Source: Candidatus Woesearchaeota archaeon CG1_02_57_44 (GTDB lineage: Archaea > Nanobdellota > Nanobdellia > Woesearchaeales > CG1-02-57-44). Taken from it: a stretch of 64,000 bases of DNA. Shown piece after piece: positions 31,835-40,834 of this stretch. The DNA is taken from contig MNWW01000058.1 of NCBI GenBank assembly GCA_001871415.1, forward strand, positions 62,001 through 126,000, given 5' to 3'. Position 1 is the first letter of the stretch; each line of letters begins with the position of its first letter. The translations under genes and the position numbers were made by a program. The notes beneath the pieces are model-generated. The model was not told the DNA's origin, made no database searches, and saw only the letters and a list, made by a program, of their open reading frames with translations.

Positions 31835-32515
31835 TATGATGATGTTGCCTCTTCCTTTACGTATCTTCCTTATCTTGCCGTCTTGCTCCAGCTCGGATAT
31901 GCACATGCTTACCTTGGCCTCTGAATACGGCAGTCCTGCGCGCAGCTCCTTCTGCGTGGCCCTGCCGCCATGCTTGTCCAGCTGGCTGAGGATTTCTCCA
32001 GGCAGCCCCTTCTCCGGATCCTGCAGCTTCTTGGGCCGCAACGCCCAGGCGATGGCGACCAGGAGTATTGCGGCCGCCAGGCCGACGGCAGCCCATGGTC
32101 GCGGCAAGGCAGGAGGTTCATCGAATTGCAGATTCCATACTGGTAAGGACTCCATATCTTCAAGGTCGGGAAGCAGTATCAGGTCTATGTGGAACACACC
32201 ATCATTGTCGATCCTGACCATCTGGCTGTCTGTGCCGTCATTGCTCCTTGCCACGAGCAGATAATCCCCCTGTGGCGCATAGAACTCATAATTGCCATCG
32301 TCAGTCACCAGGCGCTGCATTGGTGTAGTATTGAGCGTGAGGATGGCCACGGCGCGTTCCATGCCTGGCGTGAAGACCGAACCTTTGACTACTGCGGCTG
32401 ATGCTGAGGGCCATGTCATAGACGTCGCAAAGAATAGCGCGGTGAAGGCCAGGGCCATCAGCAGAGCTGTCCGCCCTGATGGGGCATTCGGCATCATCCG
32501 CCTTCTTCTGTCCAT
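31826..32515 (-). CDS. membrane-anchored protein with C-terminal winged-HTH
   Basis: Signal peptide, extracellular beta domain, TM, then TQKELR..YSEAKVSMCISELE..GKIRKIRKGRGN. Confidence 0.8.
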   Translation of the reverse strand: MDRRRRMMPNAPSGRTALLMALAFTALFFATSMTWPSASAAVVKGSVFTPGMERAVAILTLNTTPMQRLVTDDGNYEFYAPQGDYLLVARSNDGTDSQMVRIDNDGVFHIDLILLPDLEDMESLPVWNLQFDEPPALPRPWAAVGLAAAILLVAIAWALRPKKLQDPEKGLPGEILSQLDKHGGRATQKELRAGLPYSEAKVSMCISELEQDGKIRKIRKGRGNIIIRT

Positions 32516-32711
32516 GGCCGGCTTGGAACAGTGGGGACTTTAAATGTTTTATCCAGTATGCTGGCCACGTGGTTCTATTTTTTTCCGAATGAATTGTTAT
32601 GTATTCACAATTATCTATTTGAAGTATTATAATCTGTTTTTTTCTTATCTGAAGTGATGGTCTTGAGACTTTGGCAAGTGTGCTTATAAACAAGATTTGC
32701 TACTGAATCCC

Positions 32712-32753
32712 TATCGCATTGGCCCTTATCGCATGGGTCTTTATCGCATTGGC
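32712..32753. repeat. three direct repeats of TATCGCAT with 15-bp period
   Basis: Copies at 32712, 32727, 32742, just downstream of CTTATAAA at 32683-32690. Confidence 0.8.
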
Positions 32754-32797
32754 GAAACGCGACTGAGCATCGGATGGATATGAATGGAGGTGAGCGC

Positions 32798-34180
32798 ATG
32801 AAACAGGCATTGAAACACATCGGTTCATTGCAACACACAGGTTCCTTGACGGACAGCACGAAGCGCAGCAGGGGTCGCGAAGGTTGTTACCATCCCTTCT
32901 TCGGGCTGCTCTTGGCCATGCTTGTGCTGGCAGCAGTCCCGGCAGGTCTCTCTGATGGGGCTCAGACACAGACCACGGCGACCGTGCAGGCAAGCGCAAG
33001 CATCGGCGCATCGAGCGATGGGAGCGGGGACAATGATTCTTCGGATAAGGGCGGTTCCTCCGTTGATGTGAGTGCCAGTGCTTCCTCAGACGCGGATACG
33101 GGGTCTGATGGCGGATCTGATGATTCATTCACCAGCTCATCAGGGTCAGCAGACTCTTCAGTGAGCAGTGAAGCTGACACGGGCGCTGATGACGCATCAT
33201 CCGGGAGCGCGGACGCTGAGAACACCATGTCTGCGGGATCAGATGGTGGGTCGCCAGCAGAGGATGCTCGTGCATCACTTCGCGCGCGGACCCGTGACCA
33301 GATACGTATGCGCATCGTGGCGCAAAACGAGAAGCTGGACGCGATGGACGCCAGGGACCGTATGCGTGTCCAGGTACAGGCGCTTGTGGAGGCGAGAAAA
33401 GCCATCGCTGCGCGCGCTGAGGCGCTCGACCAGCATCGTGAGGACTATGAACAGTCACGCGCGCGATACCAGGCCACGCTCGCGGAGGCCCGGGAGTGCA
33501 ATGGCACAGCATGCGCCCAGGCGCGAGCAGACGTGCTTGTCCAGGCCAAGGATGTCCTGACCAGCGCAGCCGACCGGATTCTGGCGCTGTTGGCAAAGAC
33601 CGCTGAGCGCGTGGAGGCAAGTGATTTCGACGCGGACGTGAAGGCGGATATACTGGCGCAGATAGAGCTTGACACCGCTGATATCAACGCACTGGTCGTC
33701 CAGATAGACGCGGCGCAGACCCGCCAGGAAATAATCAGATTAAGCAAGGAGCTTCGCGTGAAGCTCGTGTCAGCGCAGCGCAATGCGCAGCATCATCTGC
33801 AGCGCCGGGCTGTTGTCCTGATGGGACGTGTGCAGGAGGGCTTTGCGCAGATTGAAGACTCACTGGATGCGCAGATACAGGCGCTCGCGCAGGCAGGCGT
33901 GGACACCACGGCGCTCTCGGCGAAGCTGCAGGTCTATGCGCAGCTGGTCGCTGATTCGCAGGTGAGCTTCGCGTCGGCAAAATCACTGGTGGCGCAGGCG
34001 CAAGACGCCACGGGAGACGCGAAGGTCGCATTGCTCCAACAGGCGCAGGACGCGGTACAGGCAAGCAATGACGTGCTCAAGCAGGCACATGCGTCCCTCA
34101 AGGAGCTCCGTGAGGATGTCCGTACGGCCCAGCTGGGCGTAGGGGCTGATGGTGGCGCGGAAGCACAGGCCACGGCATAG
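32798..34180 (+). CDS. secreted Ser/Asp-rich, alpha-helical coiled-coil protein
   Basis: GGAGGTGA SD before ATG 32798; hydrophobic signal; S/D/G low-complexity region; Ala/Gln helical repeats. Confidence 0.75.
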   Translation: MKQALKHIGSLQHTGSLTDSTKRSRGREGCYHPFFGLLLAMLVLAAVPAGLSDGAQTQTTATVQASASIGASSDGSGDNDSSDKGGSSVDVSASASSDADTGSDGGSDDSFTSSSGSADSSVSSEADTGADDASSGSADAENTMSAGSDGGSPAEDARASLRARTRDQIRMRIVAQNEKLDAMDARDRMRVQVQALVEARKAIAARAEALDQHREDYEQSRARYQATLAEARECNGTACAQARADVLVQAKDVLTSAADRILALLAKTAERVEASDFDADVKADILAQIELDTADINALVVQIDAAQTRQEIIRLSKELRVKLVSAQRNAQHHLQRRAVVLMGRVQEGFAQIEDSLDAQIQALAQAGVDTTALSAKLQVYAQLVADSQVSFASAKSLVAQAQDATGDAKVALLQQAQDAVQASNDVLKQAHASLKELREDVRTAQLGVGADGGAEAQATA

Positions 34181-34272
34181 GATTGATGGGGGATTATCCC
34201 CTTTTTTTCCATATTTATTTATATTGATCCAGATACAAGGACATATCAAACACTTTACCGAGAGGTGATCCC

Positions 34273-34524
34273 ATGAGAGCACAATACCTGATACCGGTCA
34301 TCCTGGCATTGCTGATGCTGAGCGCGTGCAATGGTGTGAAGAAGACGACACCGGTTGTCCCTGATGGTCAGGGGACTGATTCGGCCACTGCGACAGACGC
34401 TGCTGGCGTCGACTCACAGGTAGCGAGCATGGACGATGTCCTGGCTGACATGAACGAGGCCACGGACAATACCACCAGCGCGGATCTGGACCAGATGCAG
34501 CAGGACCTGCAAGGATTGGAGTGA
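34273..34524 (+). CDS. small lipoprotein
   Basis: GAGGTGA SD; lipobox LSAC; acidic tail. Confidence 0.7.
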   Translation: MRAQYLIPVILALLMLSACNGVKKTTPVVPDGQGTDSATATDAAGVDSQVASMDDVLADMNEATDNTTSADLDQMQQDLQGLE

Positions 34525-34575
34525 ACGGGCAGCATCCAGCTTGATCAGGCACCTGCCTTGTGTTTCTCTTCTTCT

Positions 34576-36042
34576 CTACCCTTTCAGGTTGCCGATTGGG
34601 ACCATCCTCGCGACAGCGGTTGAGATGCCTGCATCCTGCAGCGATGCGATGACCATGTCGATGTCCTTATAGGCGAACCCAGCTTCTTCTGCGAGTCCTG
34701 ACATGCTCGCCGCCTTGATGACGATACCGCGCTGCTCCATGCGCGCCTTCACGTCCTGCCCGCGCACTTCATCCTTCGCCCTGGTGCGGCTCATGGTCCG
34801 TCCCGCGCCGTGGGCAGTGCTGCCGAAGGACATGCGCATGGCGTCAGCGGTCCCGGTCAGCAGATAGCTGCCAGTCTCCATGGAACCGCCGATGAGCACA
34901 GGCTGGCCAGTCTCCTTGAACATGCTCGCCAGCTCAGGATGGCCTGGCGGAAATGCCCGGGTCGCGCCCTTGCGATGCACGAGCACCTTGCGCGTCTGAG
35001 GTCTCTCTTCTGGTCTGCTGTCATCGGTCGATGGCACCTGATGCTCCTCTATCTTCGCGATATTATGCGCCACGTCGTAGATGAGGTCCATGCCTTTGCT
35101 TGTTCCCATGATGTCTGCGAATGCCTTTCTCACGAAATGCGTGATGATCTGGCGATTGGCGAAGGCCATGTTGGCCGCGCATGCCATCGCGGCGTAGTAG
35201 TGCTGGCCCTCATCGCTCTGGAACGGCGCGCAGGAGAGCTGGCGGTCCTTGACATGGATACGATACTTGCGCATGGCCAGATCGAAGTCTTTCAGGTAAT
35301 CGGTCGCCACCTGATGACCGAAGCCACGGCTGCCGCAATGCACCATGATGACGACTTGTCCCTGTTGTATGCCCAGGGCTTGCGCTTGTTCTGGGTTGAG
35401 GATGCGCTCGACCACCTGGATCTCCAGGTAATGATTGCCTGACCCGAGTGTTCCCAATTGGCCGATGCCACGGCTGATGGCGCGCGTCGACACTTTTGAC
35501 GGGTCTGCCTGTCGTATCCTGCCATGCTCCTCGATGCGCTCGATATCCTCTCTACTGGCATAACCATTGTCTAGGCACCATTGTGCGCCGTAGGTGGTGA
35601 TGTCATTGAACTGACCTCTGGTAAGGGAGACGCTACCTTCACCGCCGACACCAGCAGGAACGTACTTCGCTATGGTCTGGATGAGCTCCCTGAGCTTCGG
35701 CCTGACATCCGCTTCTGTCCAATCGGTCCTGATGAGGCGCACGCCACAGTTGATGTCAAAGCCGATGCCGCCGGGACTTATCACGCCAGTGTCCAGGTCG
35801 AAGGCCGCGACGCCGCCCACCGGGAAGCCGTAGCCCCAATGGCCATCAGGCATGCACAGCGCTGGCGCGAGGATGCCGGGCATGCAGGCGACATTGGTCA
35901 CCTGATCGATGACGCCATCGTCCATGGCGTCCAGGATGTCTTTGCCGGCGACGATGTGCGCTGGCACCAGCATGCCCTGCTTGAAACTGGCCGGGATCTC
36001 CCAGATATTCTTCGCTACTTCCTTCATGGGGGGGATGGTCAT
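34576..36042 (-). CDS. rtcB: RNA-splicing ligase RtcB
   Basis: MPDGHWGYGFPVG, DINCG, GSGNHYLE, HCGSRG, HRKGATR, HGAGR. Confidence 0.97.
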   Translation of the reverse strand: MTIPPMKEVAKNIWEIPASFKQGMLVPAHIVAGKDILDAMDDGVIDQVTNVACMPGILAPALCMPDGHWGYGFPVGGVAAFDLDTGVISPGGIGFDINCGVRLIRTDWTEADVRPKLRELIQTIAKYVPAGVGGEGSVSLTRGQFNDITTYGAQWCLDNGYASREDIERIEEHGRIRQADPSKVSTRAISRGIGQLGTLGSGNHYLEIQVVERILNPEQAQALGIQQGQVVIMVHCGSRGFGHQVATDYLKDFDLAMRKYRIHVKDRQLSCAPFQSDEGQHYYAAMACAANMAFANRQIITHFVRKAFADIMGTSKGMDLIYDVAHNIAKIEEHQVPSTDDSRPEERPQTRKVLVHRKGATRAFPPGHPELASMFKETGQPVLIGGSMETGSYLLTGTADAMRMSFGSTAHGAGRTMSRTRAKDEVRGQDVKARMEQRGIVIKAASMSGLAEEAGFAYKDIDMVIASLQDAGISTAVARMVPIGNLKG

Positions 36043-36100
36043 GGCGTGGGAAAGGCCTGTGCAGTATAAAAAAGTGCGGTTTGGGAAACTTGCGGGCTGC

Positions 36101-36520
36101 TCAGATATCAAAGACCACGCGCGCCCTCGTCGGCTCAGCGTGGAAGTCATGGAAGGTCACTGCTTTGATCTCAACCTTCAGCTTGTGGCGCTTGTGGTCG
36201 ATGGGCTCACCGCGGACCTCAGCGTGCAGTGACCAGAGCGTCGTGTCTGATGGGTCCTGCATGACCTCGCAGTCAGCGTCGATGGACAGGAACTGCTCGG
36301 CGTCACGCAGGTAAATGAGCTCCTCGAGGAACTCGAACAGGAGCAGGTCGAACGGGCGCTTCTCGATGCAGAGCGTGCGCGACTGCGCAGGAACTACTGA
36401 ATCAGGGTCCATGGTGATTTGCGCGAGCGCCCTGCACGCCTCAGCGAACAGGCCGCCGGGCGCGTCTGCCTCGATATCGACGCCCACGTCAGCGGTGTAG
36501 TGGTCCAGGATGCGAAACAT
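36101..36520 (-). CDS. archease
   Basis: DHYTADV, FLEELIYL, EIKAVTFH, C-terminal VFDI; directly upstream of rtcB. Confidence 0.93.
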   Translation of the reverse strand: MFRILDHYTADVGVDIEADAPGGLFAEACRALAQITMDPDSVVPAQSRTLCIEKRPFDLLLFEFLEELIYLRDAEQFLSIDADCEVMQDPSDTTLWSLHAEVRGEPIDHKRHKLKVEIKAVTFHDFHAEPTRARVVFDI

Positions 36521-36823
36521 TAGCTTTCGGGGTTCTGCGCCGTTCATATAGGTTTGGGTGCAGACCGATGGTGATGTTGGCGCGATTCTGATCCGTTTCA
36601 TGGCATAAAGCTTAAAAGGCGAGCGTTTCTTTTCGGCAACAAGCCGGAAGTGAGTCTCTTTATCACTCTGCCCCGCTAGTGCAAAGTCCTAAGGGTTAAC
36701 ACCCTAAAGGTACCCGTAGTGCGGCTTCGCCTGACGGCTCAGCCCCACGGTCTGCGAGCATGCGCTGCAGGCCAAGCAAACCACATGCTGCGCAATATTA
36801 CGCAACCACACACGACAACAACC

Positions 36824-36940
36824 GCCCCGCTAGTGTAGTCCGGCCAATCATGCGGCCCTCTCGATACGAGAAATCCAGAGGATTTCTGGATGTCTCCAAG
36901 GAGACAGGCCGCGACACGGGTTCGAATCCCGTGCGGGGCA
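36824..36940 (+). tRNA. tRNA-Glu(CTC) with a 42-nt intron at 37/38 (36864-36905)
   Basis: GCCCCGC/GCGGGGC acceptor; removing the intron restores GCGGCC-CT-CTC-GA-GGCCGC; CTCT:GGAG central helix with 3-nt bulges (relaxed BHB); GGTTCGAATCC. Confidence 0.92.
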
Positions 36941-36950
36941 GTTTTTCACA

Positions 36951-36998
36951 TCGTAAGGATATTCGCAAGGATATTCATAGGGATCTTCGTAAGGATAT
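36951..36998. repeat. imperfect 12-bp tandem repeat x4 (TCGTAAGGATAT)
   Basis: Four adjacent copies right after the tRNA-Glu T-tract. Confidence 0.8.
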
Positions 36999-37011
36999 CA
37001 AATCATTGGGG

Positions 37012-37161
37012 GTGCAGCGCGGACAGTTTCTGGTCATGGCCGGAGTCGGCATCGCGGTCGCGCTGGACCAATACCTCGTCGCGGTCGTGGCGACACTCAT
37101 CATCGTGCTGGTCAATCGGGCGCTGTGGCAGGTTGATGTGCGACTGCACGGGCATCCCTAG
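37012..37161 (+). pseudogene. possible C-terminal remnant of an MgtC/SapB family gene
   Basis: FLVMAGVGIAVALDQYLVAVVATLIIVLV resembles the last MgtC helices; N-terminal part absent. Confidence 0.4.
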
Positions 37162-37227
37162 TCAGGATATGGCCGGTTGGCGTGTATTGCGCGCAAGATT
37201 CTTATTGACGGGCACTATTCCAATCTC

Positions 37228-38064
37228 ATGAAATATGTGGAGCATCCCACATTCATCACGGCCCGGCGCTTCCACAGCCTTGCTACTGTTGTCTCATTGC
37301 CGCCGAACAAGGATGGCGATGCTCCTGTCGCGTTGCTGGAGGATCATGAGCGAGCGGCCAGCAAGAGGATGGTGCATATCCTGACAGAAGACCGACGCGA
37401 GCACGCAAGTGTCAGCAATGCGCTGCTTGACGCATTGCAGGACGGCGTCACCTCAGTCGTCGATGTCCGCGGCAAGTACCTTGATGGCTCCTACGGCGGC
37501 CCCCTCCTGGCTGATGATACTCCCCTGACCTGGTCGGACGCGACAGCCCTGTTCGACTATCATCCCTACGTGCTTCGCGCGCGCATGACCCGGACAGCTG
37601 ACAAAGGCAGTCCCGTGGTACGCGCGTACAGCCGGCCATTCCAGATGGAGCATGGGTATCTCATCGCCAGCAAGGACGTATCAAAGCATCAGGAGGCATC
37701 TGAAGAGCGCGTCATCTCATCATTGCAACAAGGGGACTATGCGCTTGTCAGGCGGGTGCCGCTCAGACGTGTCAAGGGCATGGCGTTCTACGCTCCTGTA
37801 CTAAGCCTGTCAGATTCATTGGGTGTGCATCTGAACGGCAGGCAGGTCCATACAGGCATCAGCGGACCGTGGGTCATGGACGTGCCGGTGGTCAGTCTGC
37901 AGGATGGCATAGGTGTCGGGTATCTGCCCAATGACGCTGGACTTATTCCTGTCTTCTTGAATGGCACATCGCGGGATGACCTGGGCAGCATCGTCAATGC
38001 GCGCGTGAGGTGGCAAAGGCCGACTTTTATCCATGCCGTCGTCAGTTCCCCGCGCTCCAGCTAG
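37228..38064 (+). CDS. hypothetical protein
   Basis: Long ORF, ATG ~25 nt after CTTATT; no recognised motif. Confidence 0.6.
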   Translation: MKYVEHPTFITARRFHSLATVVSLPPNKDGDAPVALLEDHERAASKRMVHILTEDRREHASVSNALLDALQDGVTSVVDVRGKYLDGSYGGPLLADDTPLTWSDATALFDYHPYVLRARMTRTADKGSPVVRAYSRPFQMEHGYLIASKDVSKHQEASEERVISSLQQGDYALVRRVPLRRVKGMAFYAPVLSLSDSLGVHLNGRQVHTGISGPWVMDVPVVSLQDGIGVGYLPNDAGLIPVFLNGTSRDDLGSIVNARVRWQRPTFIHAVVSSPRSS

Positions 38065-38987
38065 AACCATCCACGCTTCCTGAAGAAGAGCAGCATGCCC
38101 ACGACCATGGCGACCATGCCGATGAGCATGACCCAGAATCCGTTGGGTATGGCTGCTCCGGGGAGGTTCGAGAAATTCGTGCCATAGATGCCGGAAATGA
38201 CCGTCAGGGGCAGCGCTATGGTCGCGATGACACTGAGTACCTTCATCACCTCATTCATATTATTGCTGATGGTCGACAGGTAGACATCAAAGGCATTCGC
38301 CACTGCCTCGCGCGCGCTCTCCGCCATATCCGCGACCCGGATCGCATGATCATAGACGTCGCGGAAATAGGGCACTGCCTTCTTGGTGATGAGCGGCTGC
38401 TCGCTCTTGGCGAGTGTGGAGATCTTCTCGCGCTGCGCTAGCGTAATCTTGCGGATGCGCACGACCCGTCGCTTATGTTCCAGTATCCTGGACAGCAGTG
38501 CGGGCTCTGGCCTGCTGATGGCCTCATCTTCCAGACCTTCGATGGCTGTCTCCAGGGCCTCAAGCGCCGGGAAGAAATTATCCACTTCCATATCCAGTAT
38601 GCGATGGAACAAGAAATCATGCCCCTTTCGCAGCAATGGTTCCAGCCGGGAGGGGTCTGCGAGGAGTACGGACAGGCTATCGACGCTCCCCCGATGGTTG
38701 CTGATGGCCCCTTTCTCGTGCAGGATGATGTCCAGCTCCACCAGCTGTTCCTTGCGCAGGATATAGAACACGCAGAACAGGTACTGAGGAAACGCCTCCA
38801 CCTTGATACGTGTCCTCGCATTGAGCAGGTCCTCGATGGTAAGTGGGTGAAGGTCAAATGTCTCCTGCAGAGTTGCTGCCTCTTTATCCGTGATGTCCGT
38901 TGCGTCTATCCATAGTGGTCTCCCTGCACATGCCTTGGCATCGCTGCCCGATTTGATGGTCTCCTCAAGGTATCGGATATCGAGCAT
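38061..38987 (-). CDS. corA: CorA family Mg/Co transporter
   Basis: LHPLTIED, YFRDVYDH, MNEVMKVL, YGTNF (GMN variant), two C-terminal TMs. Confidence 0.93.
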   Translation of the reverse strand: MLDIRYLEETIKSGSDAKACAGRPLWIDATDITDKEAATLQETFDLHPLTIEDLLNARTRIKVEAFPQYLFCVFYILRKEQLVELDIILHEKGAISNHRGSVDSLSVLLADPSRLEPLLRKGHDFLFHRILDMEVDNFFPALEALETAIEGLEDEAISRPEPALLSRILEHKRRVVRIRKITLAQREKISTLAKSEQPLITKKAVPYFRDVYDHAIRVADMAESAREAVANAFDVYLSTISNNMNEVMKVLSVIATIALPLTVISGIYGTNFSNLPGAAIPNGFWVMLIGMVAMVVGMLLFFRKRGWF

Positions 38988-39073
38988 TTTTTTTATTCCT
39001 CTTCCTGCTATGCTATTGAATCGTCTTTTGCGCTATCGTGAACCACGAGGGCGCATCGTATCAGACTCCTGCA

Positions 39074-39289
39074 TCACTGCTGGATCGCTGAACCTATCAT
39101 GCTGGCAGCTGATACTATCCCCGCGGTCAGCACGAAGGTGCCTGACTCGACGCCGGACAATCCGACCCACGCGCTTGACACCTTGATAATCCAGAGCGTC
39201 ACCATGAAATAGATGAGCCCCAGCACGATGAGCATCGCTGATGCGATGGCCGTGACTGTCAGTCCTGCGATTCCTCCTACAATCCCCAT
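39074..39289 (-). CDS. small two-TM membrane protein
   Basis: GAGGTGA SD; hydrophobic 71 aa. Confidence 0.65.
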   Translation of the reverse strand: MGIVGGIAGLTVTAIASAMLIVLGLIYFMVTLWIIKVSSAWVGLSGVESGTFVLTAGIVSAASMIGSAIQQ

Positions 39290-39439
39290 AATATCACCTC
39301 GTTGTCTGGTGATGGTCGCGTTGTTTAAAATGCTTTGGTGGTGTGTTGCTGTGCGGTCTGCATAGGGTAGGACAACGAAGCAGGAGCGCTTCTGAGCATA
39401 AGCGGGAACAAAGCAGTTATACAGGCACGTTATCTCCTA

Positions 39440-39850
39440 ATGTCCATGCTCAAGCCATTCAGTAAGGTCGTCTTATCCAGTGAGACCGCAGAGGATATCG
39501 CTGTCCTCGCAGCGGAAGCCGCACCCCGGGAGTTCTTCTCCTTTGTCGGCGGCAAAGTCCGCGACGGCGTGCTGCGTCTTGATGGGCTCTATTATCAGCA
39601 ATACTACGCGTCAGAGCAGTTCGCGACCGTATTCCATAACCTGCCAATGCTCAATGATTGCCAGGCGACGGTGCATAGTCACCCTGGCATCGCCAGGCCC
39701 AGCGCTGCTGATCTGCATACCTTTGGCAAGCACGGGCTCGTGCACTTCATCATCGCAAAGCCCTATCGCATCGTTGATCTGCGTTGCTTTGACAAGCAGG
39801 GTGTGCCATTGGCATTCTCCATCGAGCGGCCCCTGCGCAAGGCGTATTAA
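39440..39850 (+). CDS. JAMM/MPN+ (Mov34) metalloprotease
   Basis: PRE...VHSHP..RPSAAD = ExnHxHx7Sx2D-like. Confidence 0.88.
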   Translation: MSMLKPFSKVVLSSETAEDIAVLAAEAAPREFFSFVGGKVRDGVLRLDGLYYQQYYASEQFATVFHNLPMLNDCQATVHSHPGIARPSAADLHTFGKHGLVHFIIAKPYRIVDLRCFDKQGVPLAFSIERPLRKAY

Positions 39851-39886
39851 GAAGACGTATTAAGCAAAGGTGTTCTCTGTTGCGTC

Positions 39887-40195
39887 ATGGATCCGTATCT
39901 GCTCTCCCGACGCCAGCACATCGCTGAGCGACTGCAGCAAGGCGCGCTGAGCGCGCAGCAGCTATCTTATGAGCTTACCCTGGATCTGAGAGAAGTGCTT
40001 GACGACCTGCGCCACATTGCGCGTTCGGTGAAATCGGAGGGCAAGACACTACTGATGCATCCTGCCTGCTGCAAAAAGTGCGGGTATGTGTTCAAGGAGC
40101 GCTCACGAGTGAAATCCCCGACCAAATGCCCTTGTTGCAGGTCTGAATGGATACAGCAACCCTTGTTTGCCATGGTTGGCATGCAATGCAGGTGA
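39887..40195 (+). CDS. HTH plus Zn-ribbon transcriptional regulator
   Basis: RRQHI..DDLRHIARS; CKKCG and CPCCRSEWI. Confidence 0.85.
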   Translation: MDPYLLSRRQHIAERLQQGALSAQQLSYELTLDLREVLDDLRHIARSVKSEGKTLLMHPACCKKCGYVFKERSRVKSPTKCPCCRSEWIQQPLFAMVGMQCR

Positions 40196-40257
40196 TGTGT
40201 TCTGCGTGTGTAGAAGCTCCAAAGCTTATGGTGAAAAAAATATGAACCTCTCTCTTT

Positions 40258-40752
40258 CTACCAATATCTACGATTGCGCTGCTCGCGCTCGCCCATGCTC
40301 TCCAGGTTTTTGAGCCGCTGCGAAAGACTATCAAGGGTGCTCTGGATGGCGTCCAGCTTGCTGCTGACGACCTCGACTTCCTTGCGAAGGACTATCAGGT
40401 CTGTGGGGCTGGAGTTGCTTCCATAGGCGCTCTGCTGCGCTCCAGGGCCCTGTCCACTGCTCGGCGCTGAGCTGAAAAAGGAATTATCCTGGTGGCCCAG
40501 GTAGGATGGTGACGGCTCGCGGCCCTGTGAGTGCTGAGGGTATGATGAGTTTCCAAGCGACGATCCGCTGGAGGAAGGGGGCATGGACATGGATGGTAGC
40601 GCCCCTGCTCCTGGGGGTGCCAAAGGGTCGTTGCCTGTATCCCAGGAATGGCGCATCGGATCGTCATGCAACGGTTTGAGCGAGTCACTTGGCAATTCCA
40701 AGCTCCTGAGCTCATCGTCAATGCTGGGTTTTTTCCAGAATGCGAGTTTCAT
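40258..40752 (-). CDS. hypothetical protein, disordered N-half with C-terminal coiled coil
   Basis: GAGGTGA SD; KEVEVVSSKLDAIQSTLDSLSQRL. Confidence 0.7.
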   Translation of the reverse strand: MKLAFWKKPSIDDELRSLELPSDSLKPLHDDPMRHSWDTGNDPLAPPGAGALPSMSMPPSSSGSSLGNSSYPQHSQGREPSPSYLGHQDNSFFSSAPSSGQGPGAQQSAYGSNSSPTDLIVLRKEVEVVSSKLDAIQSTLDSLSQRLKNLESMGEREQRNRRYW

Positions 40753-40834
40753 TCAATGTTCACCTCAACTTGCGTTCTGTCCAGCAGTATCCGTGGATTG
40801 TTCTCCTGCATGCGCTGTGCTGCTCTCTTCATTA

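Noticed and set aside
36640..36823. RNase P RNA, SRP RNA, 5S rRNA or a known ribozyme
   Set aside because: Only partial words (AAAGTCC, CGGCTT) match; conserved cores and lengths do not fit. Kept only as an unknown RNA candidate
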